From a virus: a stretch of DNA of 64,000 nucleotides. Positions 57,870 through 64,000 of this stretch are shown one piece after another (within the stretch, counting starts at the first letter, position 1; the number at the start of each line of letters is the position of its first letter). Location: the IMG/VR virus record IMGVR_UViG_3300030389_003255, positions 1 to 64,000 of that record. One strand, 5' to 3'. Both the position numbers and the translations under genes were made by a program. The notes beneath the pieces are model-generated. The model was given only the letters and a program-made list of their open reading frames with translations, searched no databases and was not told the origin of the DNA.

Positions 57870-58358
57870 TCACCTGCCTCTATCAAAAGATTGTTCTAAA
57901 TCTTTAGCATATCTAAGCATATTCCTACCTTCTCTGATTCTTTTTCTACTACCAGTCATTAACAACTCGCCAGTTAGTTTCATCATCTTTATTGTTTTTT
58001 GAAACATGGCTTCTGTTCCTTCATCTAACTTATCGGAATATTTTCTACGCTGTGTATATTTTCCCCTTTCAAAATCTTTCAAAACATTCTCAACTATTCC
58101 ATTAGTAATCGCTTGTTGTAGACTACCTTGCGATAATTCAAACCATCTACCATCAGCATAAAATTCAGCAAGAAAATTATAATACTCTTGAAATTTTTCC
58201 TGTGGAACTTGTATCGGTATTGAAGAAAGATTTTGAGGTTTAGATGTAAAGACATTACCTATATTTTGTTTAGTTCCTTTTCTTTGTAACCAAAGATTAG
58301 CATTAGTGGCCATTCTGCCAACTATTGCTGTTTGTTTGATTACACTTAACCAAGACAT
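57870..58358 (-). CDS. WxxILK-tag protein
   Basis: Starts MSWLSVIKQ. Confidence 0.6.
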   Translation of the reverse strand: MSWLSVIKQTAIVGRMATNANLWLQRKGTKQNIGNVFTSKPQNLSSIPIQVPQEKFQEYYNFLAEFYADGRWFELSQGSLQQAITNGIVENVLKDFERGKYTQRRKYSDKLDEGTEAMFQKTIKMMKLTGELLMTGSRKRIREGRNMLRYAKDLEQSFDRGR

Positions 58359-58363
58359 TTCAA

Positions 58364-58645
58364 TCACTTTTGACTAAACTTTTTTCCTGTTGGAACATGC
58401 TGTTTTCCTTTCTTTCGGCCTTTTCTTTTCTTAGCATCTTGATACCTTAGAGTTTTTTTATCTGTTCTTTTGTAAGTTGCTCTTGGCATGTATCTTCCTT
58501 TAGTTTTAGATTTAGGTTTTTTACCCTTATCTTTGGCTCTATGCTGTTCAGCACTTCCCCAATCCTCATCAGTCCATGTGGATAAATCCCGTTGCCTTTT
58601 TGTTTTGGCTTTGAGGATATTACGCCAATTAATTCTTATAGCCAC
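58364..58645 (-). CDS. basic protein (DUF5872 C-half-like) with WxxILK tag
   Basis: Likely GTG start; INWRNILKA...LSTWTDEDW...GRYMP...GKQHV. Confidence 0.55.
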   Translation of the reverse strand: MAIRINWRNILKAKTKRQRDLSTWTDEDWGSAEQHRAKDKGKKPKSKTKGRYMPRATYKRTDKKTLRYQDAKKRKGRKKGKQHVPTGKKFSQK

Positions 58646-58841
58646 CACCAGCCCTTTTATATGCTTGAGCCAACATTTGTGCTTTTCTTGCAGACCATTG
58701 ACCTGCCGCACCACCCTTAGTTCCTCTTTTTATTCTATTGAATATTCTTTTACGCATAGCGGGTTTAGTGTAATTACCCGACTGATTAACAGTTGATTTT
58801 CGCTTTTTCTTTTTCTTTTTCAATACATCTTGCCAACTCAT
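58629..58841 (-). CDS. DUF5872-like basic protein with WxxILK tag
   Basis: MSWQDVLKK...NYTKP...GGAAGQWSARKAQMLAQAYKRAGGGY. Confidence 0.7.
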   Translation of the reverse strand: MSWQDVLKKKKKKRKSTVNQSGNYTKPAMRKRIFNRIKRGTKGGAAGQWSARKAQMLAQAYKRAGGGYKN

Positions 58842-58857
58842 CTTTTATCACCTTTAA

Positions 58858-59625
58858 TTATATCTTGCCTCTTTGCCTTAACAGTTGTATTGCTTGTTTA
58901 TATGCCTCATCTGCTCTATAATCCCAGTTTTGATTGATATTTATTCCCATCTCTTCTGCAACATCTTGTTTCAATGGAATTTCTTTATTCATATTAACTA
59001 GCATGTTTACGGTTTCTTTAACCACATTAGGGTCAATTTTTCTTTCATCTGTTTTTTGCCCCACACTACCTGCTAATTTAACTGCACCCTCGACGGGTTC
59101 TAAGCCCTCTACTCTCATAGTTTCCATAAATAGTCGTAGTGTTTCGGGGTCAGTTAAATCAATATAGTATTTATCATTAGCATATTCAGTTAATTTAACA
59201 GGGTCATTGAATATTTCTAATTTTTCATCAACAGACATATATGTATTTAATCTTCTTTGTAAGTTATTTTCTTTCTTAATTAATTTTCTAAGTTGCCGTT
59301 CTAATTGTTTATTTCTTTTAGCGTTATATTTTATATCTTCATCATAATAACTGCTATTGTCCCAACTATAGTTTTCTTTTTTAGAATTTTCATAATCTTC
59401 TTTAGTTTGAAAGATTACAATTTTATTATTGTATAAGTCTATTTCTCCTAAATTATTTTGATTAACATTGTCTATTATTTCGTTAATTTGTTTTACTACT
59501 TTTTTTAACTCGTTTGAAGTTTTTGTGACCATGCCTTTAAAGTTCTGCACAAAAAAAGGTTTAATTTCTTCTACAAAAGTTCTAACCCTACCAAGACTAC
59601 TTTTTAATATATCCTGCCATCTCAT
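58858..59625 (-). CDS. WxxILK-tag protein
   Basis: Starts MRWQDILKS; possible C-terminal HTH. Confidence 0.65.
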   Translation of the reverse strand: MRWQDILKSSLGRVRTFVEEIKPFFVQNFKGMVTKTSNELKKVVKQINEIIDNVNQNNLGEIDLYNNKIVIFQTKEDYENSKKENYSWDNSSYYDEDIKYNAKRNKQLERQLRKLIKKENNLQRRLNTYMSVDEKLEIFNDPVKLTEYANDKYYIDLTDPETLRLFMETMRVEGLEPVEGAVKLAGSVGQKTDERKIDPNVVKETVNMLVNMNKEIPLKQDVAEEMGININQNWDYRADEAYKQAIQLLRQRGKI

Positions 59626-59764
59626 ACCTTTACCTCCTGCGGACTACCTTTTCTTACCCAACACTCTTTACAAAATCCAAACGCATACGCTATATCTGCT
59701 ATATAACAGCATCCAAAATACTTGAATTGTGTGGATTGTTTATATCTCACCCACTCAATTAATG

Positions 59765-61123
59765 TCAAGCCAAAATTCCTCCTATGTTTTCTAATTCATC
59801 CATTACTGACATTTTACAATTGTCCTTGTATTTCTGTATGTCATCTAAATATATTCCTTCTTTTAGCCAATCAAAACCAACATGGTCTTTGTGATTTTCC
59901 CACTTCATCAATTTGAAAATTTCATCACAACGGCTCTTATACCAGTCAGCCTTCTTGTAAGATTTTTTCATGCGTATCAATTCTAATAGTAGTTCAGCAT
60001 TACCTTTCTTTAGCCTAAAATGAGGTAAACATTTTGTTAGTAGTTCACTAACATCTGCCTGAGAATAAAAGTTTAAGCGGTTAATTAGTCTAGTATCTTG
60101 CGGTGATTTTTGGTCTAAGTGCATACGACCAAATCCTATTGACTTGTGCATTTCTTTCATGAATACCTTTCCTCTTTCACCAGTAGCAACTAGTCCGACT
60201 CTAGGATTCATATTTCTATCTAAAGTAATATAACCATCTGAATCAATAAATGCGGCAGTATAAGCCCAAATATTCTTTTTGATGAGAGATGGGACTTTGT
60301 AGTAAGAACCATTATGTGAAGCAACATCTAACTTTCTTATTGTTTTGGAAATCATATTTGGATTTGTTATATTAAACATATCAACAGGCATCTTTTCATG
60401 TATACCTTTAGCCGTAATGCCTTGATGTTTTGTTATAGTATTTTCAATAAATTCTAGTTGTCTTTCTTTTTTGCTTTTGTTTAGAGTCTGAGTCTTGACT
60501 GCTTTAAGACACTCCCTAAATTCCTTTTTTGCTTGCGACATTTCCTTAGATAATCTACTATATTCTTTTGAATAAGCCATTCCCTCTCTATCTAATTCAG
60601 CCTCCCAGTATTTACAAAGCGAATCTACTATGCCTCTCCTAGACTCAATATCTTTCATTTTATTTAGTCTCGATAAATCTTTTTCAGTAAATCTCATTTT
60701 CCTAAAAGGTTGTTTGTAAGGTGCTAACCAAAAGATACTATCAATTGATTTCTCTAAATGCTCACTATAAGCATCTATTACTACATCAATGGCCTTAGAC
60801 ATATTTTCTCTAAGACTCCCCTTTAATTCTCTACGATTGCTTCTCATTTTTTTAACAAGTTCTGGAACAGTTTGCTCATGAATAATATATTGTTTTGGAA
60901 AAACATCTAGCATCTTTCTTGCTTCACTAGCATTGATAGAATATGTTTTAGAAACCAGTGCCAATTCATCTACTTCTGACATAACATAATCCGTTACTAA
61001 CAGTTTTTTAACTTCTATATTTTCGGGTAAGTCATCTAGTATTTCTTCTTCTTGTTGTGCTAACTCTTTGATTCTTCTAAACTGTTCTTCTGCTTCCCCT
61101 GCCTCTTCTACAGTTAGACTCAT
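59765..61123 (-). CDS. helical N-terminal domain plus wHTH plus LAGLIDADG endonuclease domain
   Basis: AYTAAFIDSDGYI motif, GFGRM and LPHFRLKKGNA in the C-terminal third. Confidence 0.8.
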   Translation of the reverse strand: MSLTVEEAGEAEEQFRRIKELAQQEEEILDDLPENIEVKKLLVTDYVMSEVDELALVSKTYSINASEARKMLDVFPKQYIIHEQTVPELVKKMRSNRRELKGSLRENMSKAIDVVIDAYSEHLEKSIDSIFWLAPYKQPFRKMRFTEKDLSRLNKMKDIESRRGIVDSLCKYWEAELDREGMAYSKEYSRLSKEMSQAKKEFRECLKAVKTQTLNKSKKERQLEFIENTITKHQGITAKGIHEKMPVDMFNITNPNMISKTIRKLDVASHNGSYYKVPSLIKKNIWAYTAAFIDSDGYITLDRNMNPRVGLVATGERGKVFMKEMHKSIGFGRMHLDQKSPQDTRLINRLNFYSQADVSELLTKCLPHFRLKKGNAELLLELIRMKKSYKKADWYKSRCDEIFKLMKWENHKDHVGFDWLKEGIYLDDIQKYKDNCKMSVMDELENIGGILA

Positions 61124-61132
61124 ATAAACACC

Positions 61133-62557
61133 TCAAAAATTTAACCCTAATAATCCTGCATTATTTCGTGTTGGCTTAGGGTCATCAAATAGTCCCATAT
61201 TATCTAATAGTATGAATTTATCTGATATTTGGTAAGTGGCCGCATTTGCTAAGGCTAGGCTCATAACCATGTCGTCATGCGCCCCTACACCCTCAAACTT
61301 ACCTCTTTCAGTAATAGCAAACATAGATAATTCTTCTATCAATGTTGAAGTAACTCTTCTACTTTCTTCATTACCATAAGGAAAATTTATCTTATTGTTT
61401 TCTAAACTCATTTGTAGATTAAGAATTATCTCCTGTTTCTTTTTTCGAGTAGTATTAAAATCATATAAGTTTAAATCAGCAACCTGCCGTAACTCTTGAG
61501 TAAATGATTTAGCAAAAGTGTTCGTTTCAAATAAGATTACCTCCGGCCTAAATACTTGATTAATTAGTTTTACTTTCTGTATATTTTCTCTAAACTCTAC
61601 ATTTTTTGCTCTGTCTACATAAACTATTGATTTATTTTCTTCTTCATCCATCTCGATTACTGTGATTACATTATAATCTCCATCAGTAGAAATAGCAGGG
61701 TCAATTCCAACATAATATTTGTAGCCCTCTCTTTTCATAGGCTTCAAAACTAAACTACTATTTTTTGCCGACTCTAAATATTCCGGATTAAATAAAGAAG
61801 TCCCTGTAGAAATAGGAACACACATATATTCTCTTGTAAACATTAGTGAACCCACTTCTGCCTTTCTAGCCATAAGAGAATCATAATCCCATCTATTAGG
61901 CCATAGCGGTTCATTAAGAGCATTAAGGCATGGATATGTTCTAAGAGTGTATGCAGGATTTTCTGATAGTTGAGCATAAATGTCGGTATAACTAAATGGA
62001 GTTCCGATAACTCTTAGCGATGCTGAGTGATGAAGTGTCGGTATCATATCGCCATAAAACCAATCAGTTACCTTTTGAATACCACTTATACTAAACTCTT
62101 TTAGAGGGTCGTCAATGATAATTTCTTGCGGGTGAAGTCCACGAATCTGTGAACCGACAGAACGCTCTAAGATTTGATTACCATTAGTCAATGTAATATT
62201 TCCTATCGCCCAACCTCTAGGCGGCTTGAATTTTTTAAGTAGAGGATTATTGAATAGTTTATCTATATCTCTCATGTGAACCATAGTCTGTTTTTGGTTA
62301 GAAGAAATATATAGCATTTGATATGGTGGTTCTTGAAATACCAAATTCCATACTACCCAAGCATGCATAAATACTGATTTACCGTGACCTCTTGAACAAA
62401 TTATGACAGTTCTTTGAGTATCATTCATAAGTTCTAACCATTCTTCTTGATGTTTAGCGAACTCCCAACCTAATACATTTTGAAAGAAGTATGGAAATGA
62501 GTTTTTAGATAACTCCATATCCATTTGATGTTCAAAGTTTAACGCCTCTATATCCAA
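61133..62557 (-). CDS. terL: terminase large subunit
   Basis: Walker A SRGHGKS, Walker B IIIDD, VIGTP, nuclease GIDPA and HDDMVMSLALA. Confidence 0.95.
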   Translation of the reverse strand: MDIEALNFEHQMDMELSKNSFPYFFQNVLGWEFAKHQEEWLELMNDTQRTVIICSRGHGKSVFMHAWVVWNLVFQEPPYQMLYISSNQKQTMVHMRDIDKLFNNPLLKKFKPPRGWAIGNITLTNGNQILERSVGSQIRGLHPQEIIIDDPLKEFSISGIQKVTDWFYGDMIPTLHHSASLRVIGTPFSYTDIYAQLSENPAYTLRTYPCLNALNEPLWPNRWDYDSLMARKAEVGSLMFTREYMCVPISTGTSLFNPEYLESAKNSSLVLKPMKREGYKYYVGIDPAISTDGDYNVITVIEMDEEENKSIVYVDRAKNVEFRENIQKVKLINQVFRPEVILFETNTFAKSFTQELRQVADLNLYDFNTTRKKKQEIILNLQMSLENNKINFPYGNEESRRVTSTLIEELSMFAITERGKFEGVGAHDDMVMSLALANAATYQISDKFILLDNMGLFDDPKPTRNNAGLLGLNF

Positions 62558-62558
62558 A

Positions 62559-63077
62559 TTAATACCTCTTTAAAATTAAATGCCAAGACTTTTCTATCTT
62601 GTCAGCCGGTTTGATTCCCCAAGCCGCACCCTTTTCTTCAGCATAATCCGTTATTTTTTTAATTATATTTTTAGGAATAGAATTTAACAGGTTAGGTTCT
62701 ATATTTGTTATTTGCCAACCTGTTTTTTCATTAGCCGCTATCCAACTTGGCGCATTAACAAATGTAGCAAGTAGGGGCTTATTGGGTATGACTTCAGCAC
62801 GAAAAGGAACTAGGTCACTCATATGTCCTCTAGGAGAACCTTGAATAGATTGAGTTCCCCCGACTATTACATAATCGGGATGCTCTGTCCAGCCAGTAGT
62901 AGAGATTGTTTTATCATTATCATCAACTCTAATAATCCATTTATTTAAATCATAAAAAGAGGGAGGAGAGCCTGCTCTAACATAAGGTTCATTTGGATTA
63001 TCAGTATTCCATCTTTCCTTCATCTCCTCGAAAGAAAAAATCTCATCCAAAACTTTCGGCATAATTATCCCTACCAA
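62559..63077 (-). CDS. hypothetical protein (possible GNAT-like fold) with C-terminal WxxILK
   Basis: Ends KIEKSWHLILKRY. Confidence 0.6.
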   Translation of the reverse strand: MVGIIMPKVLDEIFSFEEMKERWNTDNPNEPYVRAGSPPSFYDLNKWIIRVDDNDKTISTTGWTEHPDYVIVGGTQSIQGSPRGHMSDLVPFRAEVIPNKPLLATFVNAPSWIAANEKTGWQITNIEPNLLNSIPKNIIKKITDYAEEKGAAWGIKPADKIEKSWHLILKRY

Positions 63078-64000
63078 ACTCTTTGTCTAAATCTAGCCTT
63101 GATTAAATACACATGGTCAGTAGTTATGCCATAGTCTCTACCTATAGATTCATGAGAATCAATTGATTTAACAATGTTCTCTACTTCCATATGACTCAAA
63201 TCCAAGTTTTCTTCTTTGTGCATTTTTTCTATTACCAAATCTATGTTATCAAAAGTCAATGGTAAGAATCCATACACGGTTTCTTTTCCTAAAGATTTTC
63301 TTATAACATCGTGCGCTTTCAATAATTTTTTATTAACCATTTTACCGATAGTTAAAGGAGAATCTTTCTTAACACTATCTCTTAATAGTTGTATTAGTTC
63401 AAAGTAGGCTTCTCTTTTATCTCCTTCATCTTGGCCGCCTCCAGCAAACAGACTTTGTTTCTCCTCTAGTGTATTAATAAAATCTAACTTAAATGAAGAA
63501 CTACCCGTTTTTGTTTCGTTAGCCCTATCTTCTATCGTTTTTCCTTTTATCTTCCTATCCTTTTTAGAAAAGTCTTGTGTTTCATCCATTATATTAAACA
63601 ATAAAAGTGAAATAAAACCAAAGGCATCATTATCTTCTACTCCAAATTTCTTCAGAGAGGTTGCGGCTCTTTTGCCTGAAGCAATAAGTTGGTCATTTAC
63701 ATTAGTGTCAATGTCTTGGTAGTCTCTTAGATAATCTATAATGTTTCTAAAATCTACTGAACTTATATTTCTAAATCTCCTACTTCCCCTAAAAAACGGA
63801 CTAGTAATCCCAGTCTTATTACCTAGTAACTTATTTATTTCCTTAACTACCTTTCCGCCAACAGCATTGTAGAAAGAGGGGACAGAAACAGGTAACATAC
63901 CTCTATTCATAGGCTCGTAGTAATATTCCTCAGCAGACTTAAAGAACTTTTTAAGAACTCTTTTTGCCTCGGCTTCGTCAAAGGTTTCATTGAATTTAGG
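63071..64000 (-). CDS. hypothetical protein, 5' end truncated by window edge
   Basis: Frame stays open from 63910 to 64000 (PKFNETF...); C-terminal LLKAHD..RKS...ESIGRDYGI..DHVYLIKARFR. Confidence 0.7.
   Translation of the reverse strand, partial: PKFNETFDEAEAKRVLKKFFKSAEEYYYEPMNRGMLPVSVPSFYNAVGGKVVKEINKLLGNKTGITSPFFRGSRRFRNISSVDFRNIIDYLRDYQDIDTNVNDQLIASGKRAATSLKKFGVEDNDAFGFISLLLFNIMDETQDFSKKDRKIKGKTIEDRANETKTGSSSFKLDFINTLEEKQSLFAGGGQDEGDKREAYFELIQLLRDSVKKDSPLTIGKMVNKKLLKAHDVIRKSLGKETVYGFLPLTFDNIDLVIEKMHKEENLDLSHMEVENIVKSIDSHESIGRDYGITTDHVYLIKARFRQRVW

Noticed and set aside
51994-59625. Repeated sequences as a CRISPR array or integron attC sites
   Set aside because: The repeats are coding, irregularly spaced by whole genes and not palindromic, and no integrase is present.
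1-64000. Cellular chromosome or provirus boundary
   Set aside because: No ribosomal, metabolic or integrase genes or att-like junction seen; all content fits one virus genome.

Overview
This AT-rich 64 kb window is part of a tailed (Caudoviricetes, siphovirus-like) archaeal virus genome. It most resembles magroviruses of Marine Group II Euryarchaeota (Poseidoniales), judged from archaeal-type replication genes, GGTGA/GGAGG ribosome-binding sites and a viral GroES/GroEL pair; this assignment is by recognition, not by database search. There are two convergent blocks. The + strand (1-21.9 kb) carries an E1/ThiF and JAB pair, GroES/GroEL, PC4-like and possible histone-fold proteins, and a near-complete replisome: DNA ligase, RFC large and small, SSB, Sak4-like ATPase, PCNA, split PolB, Cas4-like nuclease, fused primase, ERCC4 nuclease, MCM-like ATPase and DEDD exonuclease. 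The - strand (22-64 kb) carries virion genes: terminase, portal, prohead protease/scaffold, major capsid, adaptor, tail tube, frameshifting tail chaperone, tape measure, tail tip and fibre. Most notable: (1) eleven unrelated head-region proteins share a W-x-x-[IV]-[LI]-K tag resembling the scaffold C-terminus, a candidate capsid cargo-loading signal, with exact DNA repeats at some tags suggesting cassette exchange; (2) an Arf/Sar1-like small GTPase with membrane proteins sits in the late operon; (3) a viral ubiquitin-like E1/JAB module; (4) PolB is split just before motif C by five small ORFs; (5) a second ligase with a LigD-like C-terminus sits among the head genes.
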